Positions 21,632 through 35,299 are shown, counted from the stretch's first letter. The stretch: DNA of 64,000 nucleotides from Macrostomum lignano (GCA_002269645.1 NIVC01000422.1:248001-312000); one strand, 5' to 3'. Numbers and translations: made by a program. Notes: generated by a model from the sequence alone, not told the origin.

Positions 21632-23679
21632 TCAGGACTCCTGGCCCCAGACCCACTGGACGTCCAGCATCTTCACTTTGCACTTGCGGCACTGGTTCAG
21701 CCTGACGAACTCCTTGCTCTGCGTGTCGCACATCTTGTGCTGCAGAGTTTTCACGTCGCGACATTTCGGACAGCTCACCTGGATGTTCCAGGGGAATTTC
21801 TGGCTGCCGCACATCAGACAACGGTTGGTCTTGACCAGGGCCACTCGCAGGTGAATCTGGGCGTCGCGGTTTAGACGTTGGTACCTTAACAGTTGAGTAG
21901 GGATTGTGATTGTGATATTGATTTTTCACGTTAGATAGCATGTAAAATACAAAAGATTTAGCTCACAATCTATTGTGTAAAATACCATTTCTACTTAAGG
22001 AACATTGGAAGCAGTTGAATAGCATAGAAAGCAGTTGAGTAATTATGGAAGCAGATGAGTAGCAATGGAAGCAGTTGATCGTATCATGAAAAGCATCATG
22101 GGAAGCAGTTGAGTAGCATTGGAAGCAGTTGAGTATCATGGAAAGCAGTTTAGTAGCATTAAGAGTAATGCTTTTATTTAGTTCTCAATGTGTCAGGCGT
22201 AGCTTCTAGGGCATGTTTGATTTGATGTAATAAGAGGTCATCGCATCTGAAAAATTCTAGATAAAGAATAGAAATATAGACATTGTTCGTACCAGGGATC
22301 CTGCTCAAGCAGTTGCGGATTGGTCTCCCTCAGCAGCTCGAGGCACAGGGTGAAGAAAATTTCCTCAAGCTCCGGCACTCCTTTCAGTCGTAGGCAGGCG
22401 TAATGCCGCAGCACATTCGACGGCCTGACATCCTCGCGAAGAGCAATGAGACAGCGGTCCCACAGGAAACTGACGTGAAATCGCCGACTTAACGACAGCA
22501 GGCTCACTACGTTATTAGTGTTGATTGTTTTCTCCTCTTGCAGGAGACCCTGCGGCTGCAGGGCCAGCAGAAATTCGTACATATCCTCGTAGCTGGCGTC
22601 CTCGATCTCCAGCCGGTCCTCCGGCTGCTGCTGCTGCTTCTTGCCCTGCTGGTCACCGCCAGGCTTGCCGAGCGGCCCCCGACCGCCGGCTTTCGGATTG
22701 CTGCCGCGGTTGCCAGCAGCGTCGCCTTTGCCACCTTTGCCTTTCTTTACAGCTGAAGTTGAAGCAGTTATTTGAGAGTTATTTGAGTTTACTTGGTTAA
22801 TCATCAATTTTCAATGCCAATTTGAAGTTTTTGAACTATGAGTTAAAACTAACCAACTAGTCATGCTTATATAAAACGATCGAGCTGTATATTTTGTGAT
22901 CTGTCGGTATCGGCTATTATAGGCAATGATTTTTTTTCTGATAGTTTCATTAACAAATGAGGCTCGCCATTTATCGAGTGTATTTGTACGAGTATCTGTA
23001 ATAATAATCTTAGAACAGAGGGGACAAGCCATGAGCAGTTGCAGACATCCGCATGCTCAACGTTTAGTTGACCCGCAAACTCCCAGAGAGTGTACACACG
23101 CTTTGACTTTCTCATCTCCATGTACACAGGGCTGTGTTAAAGGGGTTGACCTAGACCAATTTTCTTGCTTGAGTCCAAAATTGTCATGGCCTCCCACAGA
23201 ATCGAACCTGGGTCTTTCGATTAGTTGTTCGAAAAGTTTCACGGGAGTGATGTAAATACAGGTATGAATCGTTTAAAAGTTTTGAGGTCAATTTAATGAC
23301 TAGGACCAATGAGACTTAAAATGTGTGTCGGTATTTCTAATGTGGCACGTAAAAACTGGAACAAAGCAACGAGCCACTAACGCTGGTTCAAATCGGCGAT
23401 CATTCGACGAAACACGGGCGACACGCTGGCAAGATGGGCGGAGTTTGCGTACAGCTCCTTGCCGTCCACAACCAGAGTGATCTGTCGCCACTCAGCAGTC
23501 TCCTGGTCCCTCTCTGCCGGATCCACGCGTGCCGACAGCAGCGCGCTCTCCCTAGTCTGGCCCGTCTCCCAGGCCTCGATTGACTGAAACGGCTGGTCCT
23601 CCGGCTTTGTGCCGCTGGCGCCATTGGCTGTCTGAGAGTTTGGTTGGAACCCGAATCCTGGGCGATGGTTGTTCGCCAT
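21632..23679 (-). CDS. BTB/POZ-BACK-like protein with a C-terminal Cys-cluster zinc ribbon, 336 aa; exons 23382-23679, 22293-22752, 21632-21884
   Basis: ITLVVDGKELYANSAHLASVSPVFRRM and LEIEDASYEDMYEFLLAL are BTB; NVVSLLSLSRRF to LCLELL is BACK-like; tail has CLMC, CPKC, C, CRKC. Junction phases 1 and 2 are compatible and the exon sum is 1011 nt. Confidence 0.85.
22010..22165. repeat. About 20-bp intronic minisatellite (GAAGCAGTTGAGTAGCATTG-like)
   Basis: About 7 imperfect copies in intron 2 of the BTB gene. Confidence 0.8.
23020..23235 (-). mobile_element. Diverged tRNA-derived SINE fragment
   Basis: Minus-strand CCCAGGTTCGATTCT B-box; weak body similarity to the other copies. Confidence 0.45.
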
Positions 23680-24699
23680 ATCGCTAAGTCTTTATTGCAA
23701 CGGTTTTTTCTCTTCTAGATGCAACTGCTGGTAAGCTTACGGCCTTTCTGTCGAGTTTCTTTCTGTATTTCTCATATTTTTAACCTAGCTTGCCTGACCT
23801 ACCCCCTCCTCTCCTCGCGATGCGAAATAGAGACGAAAGGTTTAGCCTCGGTTGCTAAGTTCCTATAGGAGCGAGTTGGTTTTGTTTGCGTGCTCAAGCA
23901 TCGCAGAGAGACCCCTGGTTATGAAAAACTGACAATTCGCTCTGACCTATTGCACAGTTTTTGTGTCCTAGGCTGCTCTAATGAGAGGCGTTCAATTGTG
24001 CCATCATACTAGAGCTACAAACGGTGTTTGAGCAAACTGAAATGAGCAAATTAACCCAGGCAGCACTGTAGGATCGTTTTTCTCTCAAATCTTTTATTTA
24101 ATTTGTGTACATTTCTTTTTTGCATTTCTCACCTGACTGTTGGAGGAGTGCTCAAACGATAGCTAGTGCACCAGGAATTACTGCTTGCTATATTGACACG
24201 TCCTGGGGGGCTTTTCAAGTTTGCATTGAAGCTTCAAGATTTCTTGAAGGAAATCAAATTAAAATCAAGTGTTAGCAGAAATCTACCCAAAATAAAAATC
24301 TATGTACCAATGACTACTTAAGTAGAGAAGCATGTATCATTCTTAGCTGGCTGTGTAAAACATATGTAACAGAATGATGAAATAGATCCATAAAATCAAT
24401 GAGTCGAGCTATGCCATTTTCATGACTTTTAGCTAAAAAGCAAAACATATCAAAGATTGAACTTTGGGCCTGCCTCTCTTATCGGAAGCACTAGCTATTT
24501 GTTGCGATGACAAGACGAAAGTCTTCATTCTCCCTAATATATATTTTTTTCGGTAAAAACGGCCTCCTAAAATGAAGGTAATTAAGGTAATTTCCCGTCC
24601 AACTACGAGCTACTTGAGTAGTCCTGCTAATGTATAGGTACTTGAAGTAATTATTGGATTAACTAACAAAAAATGTAACACGAGATACTTAATAACAGA

Positions 24700-24808
24700 T
24701 TGTTGAACTATATAATTAGAAGTTTGAAGCAAATCGGTTGAGCCGTTTTTTCTCTAATCGATCACATAGTATAGATAGTCACAGACAAACCATTTTTAGT
24801 ATATTGGA
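24700..24808 (-). mobile_element. Helitron-like 5' terminus, copy 2
   Basis: A then TCCAATATACTAAAAATGG, followed by aaaaaacggctcaaccgatttgcttcaaactt; same layout as the copies at 2093 and 62842. Confidence 0.55.
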
Positions 24809-27055
24809 TGGACGATCACATACCTAGATGCACTCATATTCTTTAAAGCAAACTCGAGAATATTTTCATTTTATCAAGTTGAAGGTACCAAAAATTCTTC
24901 AGGCTGATGTTGAACGAGTAAATTACGCGAGCGCGAGCTCGATATAATTCCGCCCATGATATTTAGGTGCCTTCATAAACCAAAATTAAAACCACTTAGA
25001 TTTTTATCACGGAAGCTATGCTTGTTTAAAAGATGTCACCGCATCGGCATCAAAAGTTAAAGTTATTAGACTTAATGAGTAATGAGAACTGAGACTTCTG
25101 TGAGGCTGAACTGTAAGTGGGAAAACAATCGAATTCGTTGCTATAAAATAGAATAATTGATTTCAAACTAACAAACAACGAACGACAAGCAACCTCGAGC
25201 TGCAGTTAATATTTTAAGCATATCGATCTGCCAAAAAGCAATTTAGATTACATTGCAACAACATTCAAAATACATGTATATTTGCGAATTTTAGTTTGCA
25301 CAAAATGAAAAAAATGTTTTTGCGCACGCAAATTATAAATGTTAATTTTGCTGTAAATTCTACTCGTACAATTACTTGGTCTACTACTAATATAAGTAGC
25401 AATCTAGTAAGCAGAAACATTAGAAACAACAACAGTAGCTTTATTTCAGGCGCTGTGCAGCATTATAGAACAAAAAACAGTAGTGAAAAGAATGAACTTT
25501 TTCCTCGCCGTCCAATGGCTTTTATAAACAACGATATCTTACTTATGTAGCTTTTGTAATAAAAATTAATAAATAGGTTTATCGCGGCTATAATAAGCGT
25601 ATACCGATTGCAATTATTTCTGACAGATATATGCGGCGTGTGAGCATTTCCCGAGATACTGCTTTTAGCTAGAAAATATATAGTTTGCTAATCTTAACAG
25701 CTGGACTTAGGTTAATATTAATTACTTGTTCTTTTTATCTGATTTAGCCAAACAAAACTGGAAAACGTCGGTGCAAAACCTTATAATTTGGCGAAAATAT
25801 CAACCCACAGATTTTCTATAATCCTGCTAAGAGGTTTTTTGAAACTTGTGAGAAAAGTTCCACTGGGAAAAATGGTGTCCTATTTTATCTCAACACTTAT
25901 AAATGATTCAGTGTGAAAGGAACTTTGGGCAACTTTCAACCAAAATGAACTCATCGTTAAAATCGGTTGAATTAAAAATCAAATACTCGTATAAAACGTG
26001 ACTTGATGATAAATATCTTCTGTCATTAAAAACTGGGCCGAATATCATTAAAAATATCCTTTTACAACGCTTAGATAGTAAAAATAGTAACAGATAAGCA
26101 ACAGATCACAGACTTGGAGAGGAAACTGACCCAATAATCTGTATAACGATAATTACGATATATAATATTCTTAAATTTCGCCTCTAGAATGTTTTTTGTT
26201 TAAACCGACAATCTGCTTGTTAAGAAACTTATAAAAGTAATGGTCGAACTTAACATTGTTTGCGTAATTAAGTAACTATTAAAACTATTAAATCAACCGA
26301 TTCAAACAAAAAATACACGAACTGAATTAAGAGCATCATCTACTCATACACCTAAATTTAATGCTTAGGAGTACGAAAGCAACTAATTAAAAAGACTTAT
26401 AAGCAGAAACAGTAATATTTTTAGGAAATCAAGCTGATTGCTCAGACGATACACGAGCGAATATGATCAACTACATTATAAATGGACAGCAAATAACGTT
26501 TCATGAGCAATGATGAAATTAATAACTTGGGCCTCACGTTTCAAATACACTGTAGCTATTAAAGATTCAACAAGAGCGTCGGTACATGCAAGCTATCAGG
26601 ATCTACTTTGAAACTACGTACCGATCAAATATTGTACAATAAAATCAGCTCATGAAAAAATTAACAAAATTACTCGTATTTGCAGCAATTTCATTTTTGT
26701 AAAAGCAGTGCATGCTGCAAATACATTTGTACTACACTTATTTTACAAAATTGCGACAACATTTTTAAAAAAAGCAAAGCCAAAAACCGATTTAAAGCTT
26801 GAAGCAATAATATTTTCAGCTTTCACAGACTCTAAATAATGCGTGACGATGGCGACGGAGCTTTTAGAAGTTGTGGGGGCGATCAGAGTTGATTTTGTGA
26901 ATTTACAATGCAAACAACCCAATCGACTCGTGAATAAATGGGGCATGACGTTATTAGGGGGATCATCGCAGTCGGTCGAGTGCAAAACAGCAGATTATAC
27001 TCGTATTGATAACCGATGATCAATTGATATCACAATTAGCAATGATTCGATCAGA

Positions 27056-30000
27056 TCAAACGAACATTGAATGACGTTTTTCAGTTCGGTTATTGTCCAA
27101 AATTGGACAGGCAATTATTGGCAATTGCTGTTGCCTCTGCTGCTGCTGTTGCTGTTGATGAGTAACTCCACTATTGTAAAGCATTGCTGGCGGAGATCCT
27201 GGCGGCTTTGGGGCTTGTGGCTTTAGACGCCTTCTATTGGCCATGGTGACATTGGATTCGCTGTAGAGTCGCGGTCTGAGGTGAAATCCCGGTCTGGGGC
27301 TGGGCTGTTGTTGGTCAGAGGAGGGATTCGTTGATGCTGCTGATGTAGACACTTCTGGATGACTATCAGGGGGCGGTGCGGTAAAGGTGAGAGTTGGTAT
27401 CGAGCTGGTGCTCCCGGATAAGTTGGCCAGGGTCACCGTATGCCGCTTGCTGCTACTTGTTGATTTCTCGGCTAAAATAGGAAGAAATTTAAATTGTTGT
27501 TCCGTAGGATTTCTGTGGTTTACTTTTACAGACCAAGTTGTATGCCAGTGCATGCAATTATAAGCGTGCATTTCGATAGGTTTAGGAAAATTATGCAAGG
27601 TTAAGTTCGGATTACATAATATTAACAGTCAAGAAGACCAGCTATTGTCTAAAAAAGAAAGTTGAAGCATCAGGAGCATTACGGCAAGCCAAACTTCAAA
27701 GCAACATTTAAAAACATTATAAAAATCTATAAATTTTTTTTGGGCGACGAAGATGTCAAAGTAAAGTCCATGGAGATTGAACAGCTTTATATTATTTGTG
27801 CAATTTATTATAGTTTCGTATTAGTGATTGGTGATTGCTTTTAAAATGAGGACAGCAGAGAACGTTTGACTTTTAGAGAGAAGAGGAGAGAGCAGGTCAA
27901 CTACTGCATTTGCACGCTCTATACAGACCTAAAAATGGTGAGTATATTTCTGTTAAAATTGAGTCCTTTTATCGATTAGTCGTTCAAATATAATTTGTTT
28001 ATAAATTTGATATTAAACGGCTTATATTTAGTGCTTTGTAGCTCGTATTTGGTGTCTTGTTTTGCGCTCCTGTCTCCTAGATGGGTACCCTGTCTCCTAG
28101 ATGGGTGCCCCTGTCTCCTAGATGGGTGCCCCTGTCTCCTAGATGGGTGCCCCTGTCTCCTAGATGGGTGCCCCTGTCTCCTAGTGGTTGGGCGTCCCTG
28201 TCTCTTAGTGGATGGGCGTCCCTGTCTCTTAGTGGATGGGCGTCCCTGTCTCTTAGTGGATGGGCGTCCCTGTCTCTTAGTGGATGGGCGTCCCTGTCTC
28301 TTAGTGGATGGGCGTCCCTGTCTCTTAGTGGGTGGGCGTCCCTGTCTCTTAGTGGTTGGGCGTCCCTGTCTCTTAGTGGGTGGGCGTCCCTGTCTCTTAG
28401 TGGGTTGGCGACCTTGTCTCTTAGTGGATGGGCGTCCTTGTCTCTTAGTGGGTGGGCGTCCCTGTCTCTTAGTGGGTGGGCGTCCCTGTCTATTAGTGGG
28501 TGGGCGTCCCTGTCTCTTAGTGGGTGGGCGTCCCTGTCTCTTAGTGGATGGGTGTCCCTGTCTCTTGGTCGACACCTGTTTTGTTGAACTACTCCTAGGC
28601 CGTTGGATAAACCTGTCCAAGAGGATGCTATTCTTTTCTGAAGGAGCGCAATTGTTGCCAGGGCGATTGGCCCCTGTGCCTATGCCAGTGGGCTAAGAAT
28701 AATTCAATAATATACGAGGTTAGCAACAAAACGTGAACATCAACACGAGATTGTACTGACTCTAGACAACATATAAAACAGGTTTGATAATATATTTTGT
28801 AGAAATATAGTTAGAATATAGTAGAAAGCTGTCGTGCACTCAACAGTGCCACAGACGCTTCCGAGGACTGAATGGTCAGCAACACTACTAATCTGTTATA
28901 AAATACCTTCTTCTTGCGTCCGTCGCATCCGTCTTGTTAGCTGTTGCGAAGAGATGTGCAGCAATAAAGTATAATGCATTTGTGTATATTGGTGCCCATA
29001 AAAAACTGAGTAAGAAAAACAAAGGTTGTTTTTATATCGCGGAACGGCCATCAACACGTTAATCTTTGGCGCAGAGAAGATCGAGTAAATTAATTACTTT
29101 AGTTACCCCCCCCTTGCGTGCAACGCATTCAGGTTCAGGGCTATCCACAAGTGAAAATTTTCGCTAGGTAAAGATGGAGGTGCAAAGTAAGAAATACAAT
29201 GTCAAAGGCAACTCGAAACGGCCACCCATGTCAACTAACTGACGTGTATTTGACGACAGAGCAGATCTGTCGGTTTTGACCATAAATTTAAGCTTGAACT
29301 CTATGAAAAACTGGACAACCGAACGTCTAATTGAAAGAATTGTAGTCACTTGAGGCAGCAGCCTATAATTAGTTCTTTGTATATATCTGGCTTTTTAGTT
29401 AAAGTTGACACTTGCACACTTTACGAACGTAAGCGACATTGTCACACAACTGGCGAGAGGCATTGCTGCCCATTAAGCCGACTCCCCTGAGCAGGCACAC
29501 ATGCGCGCAGATACGTACGTAGTCATATGCACAGGCCCACACTCACACAGGAGTGTACAGCGGCCCTAACTTTATTTATCGTTAAGCATGTACACTTCAC
29601 TGTGCCTTGGGGGTTGGGCCTCGAGGACATTAATTGCACGAGCCGAGCCAAGCCGAGATTCCAATTTAGCCCCAAATTAATGTGACTGCACTTGGAATCT
29701 AGCCTGGGCCGCTGGCACATCAGAGCGCCTCACCAGACCACTGGGCTACGGCTTACTTGACTTTACTAGCTGCAGGGGGCTCCGGGCATCCGGAAACAGT
29801 GGGGAGGCGTCGACCCTATTCTGAAAAAAACCCCTGCCATACAATAGCTGGTAAATCAAGTTACAGAGATTTCGTTTGCATATTAGCGTTCGTTAGCAGG
29901 CTCACCTCTTCTCGAAGGCGACGCACTTCTAGCCTGGCTGCCTCCTCCAACGCCCAGCCTTGTCTGCGGATGCTTCGCCGACGACCCGGCGACACCGCTA

Positions 30001-32658
30001 GTTCCGTCGTCCTCCGTTGTGTCGTCGATATCATCGAATTCGACGCCCGGATCGAATGCAGCCGGTAGGCCGGCTCGATGACGCCCGGCTGCTGGCGACG
30101 GAGATGGCGCGGTGGCGGTGACGGTGGCCGACGCGCTGGCGGTCGACACAGCAGTCGGAACCGACGGTCCTGACGTGGCGGCGATGGTCGGCACCATCGT
30201 TAACACGGTGGTCGCCGTCGAAGAGCCACCAGCTGTGGTGGGCACCTCGATACCGGCGGAGGCCAAACCAGATTCTGCCGAACTGACCGACTCTTCGTTG
30301 CCTTGACTGCGGCTGGGACTGGGGCTGGGCAGGAATTCCTGGGTGGAGTACTCGCTCGCTGGACCGAAGATTTCTGTGACTCGATCGATCAAAGCTTGCG
30401 CCACGATCTTCTGGTGCGAGTAGTCCAGCACTTCGCTGAGGCTGGCCGTGTTGGCCTGACTCTCTTGCTTTGGACGCAGCACAGTTGGTGCGAAAACCAA
30501 GCTGAGGTTCTGCGAGTTCATCTGATTCTCGGACTCGTGAGCAGCGACTCTGTTGAGGTGATGGAATAGGGCTCCGGCCAGAAGTCGGTTCAGCTTCGGT
30601 AGCTGACCAACTAAAGAAGCCAGCTTGCTGACATCGGCTCCATCTTTTCCAGCTTCAATGAATGCCGTGTACAGGTCGGCAGTGAGTAGGGCGTCGGGGA
30701 GCTGCATGAGGTGATATTTAAGCAGGCCGCACACAGTGTGAGGCGACTCCTCGTACAGCTCTACCTCGTGAGTGTCTGGATCGGCTTCCAGCAGTTGGGA
30801 CAGGTCAAGAACTCTACGCTTAGAAGCCTGTTGAGAAGAGAAAAGTGGATGGCACAAAAAATTAATAAAAACCGAAAATCGAGGTGGTTGAGCGTCATTC
30901 GACAGGCGCACAAACCTGAATGCGGTAGATTCCGTTGGTTCTGATGCCGATTTCGTCAATGACTTGAATGCACCGGCAAATAATGCTAACATGCTGGCCA
31001 ATATCCATCCGAGGACTGTGCCCGCCGCCGCCAGGTTGTTCCAGCTGCAAGTGACCCGCACTGGCCGGCTTCTTGAACTTGATTGACAGCGTCGGCTTCT
31101 GGAAGAACGAAGTTGCCGTGTCCCTTGTGCTGGTCCAGATTCGTCCGGCTAGACCAGGAGACTTCGAAGTGGCCACGGCGTAGGAGGACGAGACGATGTT
31201 CTCGCCGGACTCCTCGTCCTCCTCAATTTCTGGATCGTCGTCGATGCCGCCTCCGATGCCGCCGTCACCGGAGCTGCCGCCGCGGCTCTCTTTGCGAGTC
31301 ACAGTCAGACGCGAGGCGGTGTTGAATTCCTCGAAGGAGAATCTGAATAGAAAAGTTTTGAATATCAGCGAGGTAAAATATGAATTTTCTAAACACTGAA
31401 TGAATGCAAGGTACTGATTCGAGATCAGTGAGGCCACCAACCGAGGCGGAGGGTCATCAGCGTCCAGGCTGATGCAGGTGCGCGCGAACTCGCGATATTT
31501 GCTGCCGGGCCTATAGTTCTGGTGGCTATTCTTGCTGAGGCTTCGCAGCTCCTGATTGTTGCTCTCCTTTGTGCGAGTATAGCACTCAAAGAAACCGCAA
31601 GTGGCCGTGATAAAGCACTGGTCACCGCGTTCGATCAGCTCACGGACGCTTCGGAGGATCTCGACTTTCTTTCGCTCGCGTTGATCGGTCACGGAGTTCA
31701 GCTCTTCGACGCTCTTCAGATAGGCCCTTCTGGCCGCCTCGCGCTTAGTGACGCAGTCTTCTTCGTATTTCTTCTTGCGGGACAGCTTGGCCTCGTGCTT
31801 GGGATCGCCGCGAAGCTGCGTCGTTCCGCCGCCTGTTGACTGACCGGACGGAGCCGAAACCAAGACTAGACTGGTGGTCTTTGTGTTGGTGCTCACGTAG
31901 TCTGAGTGAGCTCGTTCCACCTGGAAATCGGTGGTGTCATTATGGGTCACTTTTTACCATAATATTAATGGGGGTTGGCCCTCATGAGTAGTGTGAATCA
32001 CACTGCAACCCCAAGCCAATTTTTTTTGCTCAAGCCTCAAGTCAGTGTGGCCACACGAAATCGATGTGCATCAGTGGTGTGATTTAACAACTCATATAGT
32101 GAATGCGCCGTGAAATAATGGGCAGGGAGGAAGAAGGGTAGTCTGTCTTAACCATCCCTTGACACTTCAGATAATTGCTCAAATGCACTGGGCAGGGGAG
32201 GTCAAACGGGTTCGCGGTACTGACTAGTCTTTAAGAAATAGGTTAATTATATCGCAGCAAGCGCTACCTCTGTGCACCGCTGATAGTAGGTTTGCCGGCA
32301 CTGCTCCATAGCGTTGTAGGCCTTGCGCCACTGTCGCACAATGCTGCTCCACTCGATTTTGAATCGTTTGCGCGCATTTTCGTGCTCCTTGATCCTAGAG
32401 CGCAGCGCTTCGTAGACAATCTGTGGAATACTTGCTCGGAAGATCTGTTCGGACGCTTGGCAGTCCTGCTGGATAATGTTGGCGCCAGTCATGTAGTAGG
32501 ACTGCAAGGGGAGGCTGCTGGAGCTCTCGGATTTCAGCACCTGCATCAGGCTGTTCATATTCTCGCCCATGCGTTGATGATATTCCACCGAGTACTTGCA
32601 CATGGTCTCCACCGAGATGCACACCTCCCTGACGTAGTCGGACCATTGCTTGGCTCGT
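27056..32658 (-). CDS. ARHGAP45: ARHGAP45/ARHGAP29/GMIP-family F-BAR-RhoGAP, well-supported 3' exons: 32268-32658, 31442-31920, 30916-31342, 29906-30827, 27056-27471
   Basis: RAKQWSDY and YYQRC F-BAR; PPPRFSFEEF; arginine finger GIYRI; LLKYHLMQLP; MNSQNLSLVFAPT; C-terminal SMFV resembles the xxFV ends of ARHGAP29/45. All four junctions are phase-compatible. Orthology within the family is not resolved. Confidence 0.85.
28073..28575. repeat. Minisatellite switching from a 21-bp unit (about 5 copies) to a 24-bp unit (about 16 copies)
   Basis: CCCTGTCTCCTAGATGGGTGC then CCCTGTCTCTTAGTGGATGGGCGT; explains three overlapping repeat ORFs. Confidence 0.92.
29426..29752 (-). mobile_element. tRNA-derived SINE, full-length copy B
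   Basis: Collinear with 7765-8078; A-box TAGCCCAGTGG. Confidence 0.85.
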
Positions 32659-32744
32659 CTGTAATTTTTCATATTTAAAGGTTAAGGGACTTGTTGCCAA
32701 AAAGTAAAGTCAACAAGTGCTATGAAATACCACCTTAGAAAATA

Positions 32745-34490
32745 AATGCCCAAAGTGACAGACAACCAACCCCTAAGACACACCCAAGCCAAGACACGCC
32801 AAACACAAACCCCCAAAAACACGCCAACCACTAAACCCCAAAAACACACCAACCCCCAACCCCCAAAAACACACCAAACCCCAAAACACACCAACCACCA
32901 AGACACGCCAAACTCCAAAAACACATCAACCCCAAAAAACATACCAACTCCCCAAAACACACACCAAACCCCAAAACACCTACCCCCAAAACACGCCAAC
33001 CACCAACCCCCAAAAACACACCAACCACCAAACCCCAAAAACACACCAACCCCCAAGACACACAAAACTCCAAAAACACATCAACCCCCAAAAACACACC
33101 AAATCCCCAAAAACACACCAGCCCCCAAGACACGCCAAACTCCAAAAACACATCAACCCCCAAAAACACACCAAACCCCAAAGCATACCTACCCCCAAAA
33201 CACACAAATCCCCAAGACACGCCAACCTCTCCACGCTAAGCCAGGAGATGAAAGTACAAGCCACACAAACCCCCAAGACACGCCAACCTCTCCACGCTAA
33301 GCCAGGAGATGAAAGTACAAGCCACACAAACCCCCAAGACACGCCAACCTCTCCACGCTAAGCCAGGAGATGAAAGTACAAGCTACACAAACCCCCAAGA
33401 CACGCCAACCTCTCCACGCTAAGCCAGGAGATGAAAGTACAAGCCACACAAACCCCCAAGACACGCCAACCTCTCCACGCTAAGCCAGGAGATGAAAGTA
33501 CAAGCTACACAAACCCCCAAGACACGCCAACCTCTCCACGCTAAGCCAGGAGATGAAAGTACAAGCTACACAAACCCCCAAGACACGCCAACCTCTCCAC
33601 GCTAAGCCAGGAGATGAAAGTACAAGCTACACAAACCCCCAAGACACGCCAACCTCTCCACGCTAAGCCAGGAGATGAAAGTACAAGCTACACAAACCCC
33701 CAAGACACGCCAACCTCTCCACGCTAAGCCAGGAGATGAAAGTACAAGCCACACAAACCCCCAAGACACGCCAACCTCTCCACGCTAAGCCAGGAGATGA
33801 AAGTACAAGCTACACAAACCCCCAAGACACGCCAACCTCTCCACGCTAAGCCAGGAGATGAAAGTACAAGCTACACAAACCCCCAAGACACGCCAACCTC
33901 TCCACGCTAAGCCAGGAGATGAAAGTACAAGCTACACAAACCCCCAAGACACGCCAACCTCTCCACGCTAAGCCAGGAGATGAAAGTACAAGCTACACAA
34001 ACCCCCAAGACACGCCAACCTCTCCACGCTAAGCCAGGAGATGAAAGTACAAGCCACACAAACCCCCAAGACACGCCAACCTCTCCACGCTAAGCCAGGA
34101 GATGAAAGTACAAGCTACACAAACCCCCAAGACACGCCAACCTCTCCACGCTAAGCCAGGAGATGAAAGTACAAGCTACACAAACCCCCAAGACACGCCA
34201 ACCTCTCCACGCTAAGCCAGGAGATGAAAGTACAAGCTACACAAACCCCCAAGACACGCCAACCTCTCCACGCTAAGCCAGGAGATGAAAGTACAAGCCA
34301 CACAAGCCCCAAGACACGCCAACCTCTCCACGCTAAGCCAGGAGATGAAAGTACAAGCCACACAAACCCCCAAGACACGCCAACCTCTCCACGCTAAGCC
34401 AGGAGATGAAAGTACAAGCTACACAAACCCCCAAGACACGCCAACCTCTCCACGCTAAGCCAGGAGATGAAAGTATAAGCCACACAATTC
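32745..34490. repeat. Degenerate AC-rich repeat (32745 to about 33215) grading into a homogeneous 61-bp array of about 21 copies
   Basis: GCCAGGAGATGAAAGTACAAGCYACACAAACCCCCAAGACACGCCAACCTCTCCACGCTAA recurs at 61-nt spacing (33240, 33301, 33362). Confidence 0.95.
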
Positions 34491-34983
34491 ACCAAACCAG
34501 TAACACAGAGGTGGCCGTTTTAAAAAAGTGCTCAGATCCATATCAAATCGAAATGGGAAATTCTTAGATAGAAGTACACAACAACTCCCCCCTAAGCGAA
34601 GATATCGGATGATCTCTTTGCTAAGTTATTCCCACAATCTCTGCCCCTCTTTGCAATTATTTAATCCATTGCATTCTCATCTCTTCTCCTCTGCAGTAGT
34701 TTAAGTAATTTATTATTTGGATTTGGATTTTTCCAAGATTTTAAACACATTCCTTAGACTCCGTAGTCCAGCACAGTATCAGCACCAGTTGATATCTTCA
34801 GCTATCCAGCTATCCTCAAAGTAGGTTCGAATAGAGAAAAATGTTTTTTTCTCATCTTGCTTGCTAGCTTGTTTTTTGCTCCAACGCCGGCGGCTGGGAT
34901 GGATCTCTCATTCAGCGGCTTGGCACTCGCAGAGATATAATGTTATATGGCCTGATTTTGTGCCTCGCAGAGGCGGAAAAGAA

Positions 34984-34987
<4 letters not shown>

Positions 34988-35047
<60 letters not shown>
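34988..35047. repeat. (GA)n microsatellite
   Basis: Seen directly. Confidence 0.95.
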
Positions 35048-35049
<2 letters not shown>

Positions 35050-35299
35050 TACCCGAAACCAGACAACGGGGAACTCGGGATGCAAGTTCCCTCTGAAAAA
35101 AAAAACTGTGAGTGCAGACATCTGCAGAGAGTTCATGCATAATATAGAATGTGAAGACATATACGCTTCATCTGGAGGATTAGAAGCCTTACTAAGGGCC
35201 ATATTATTGACTTAACGCCAAATCCTTCACTCTGTTTATCCACTTTGGTCATATTATTAGACCTCGAACCTCCCCCCGCACACAAAAATATCAACATTG

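Noticed and set aside
24900-27050. Short AT-rich ORFs (25296-25550, 26743-26985)
   Set aside because: No recognisable motifs or splice support; consistent with chance.
29760-29820. Possible micro-exon NRVDASPLFPDARSPLQLVKS in the RhoGAP gene
   Set aside because: Good splice signals but phase 0 entry does not fit the phase-1 donor at 29906; left out of the model.
32682-33342. Hydrophobic or Pro/Thr/Lys-rich ORFs on both strands
   Set aside because: Products of an AC-rich degenerate intronic repeat.
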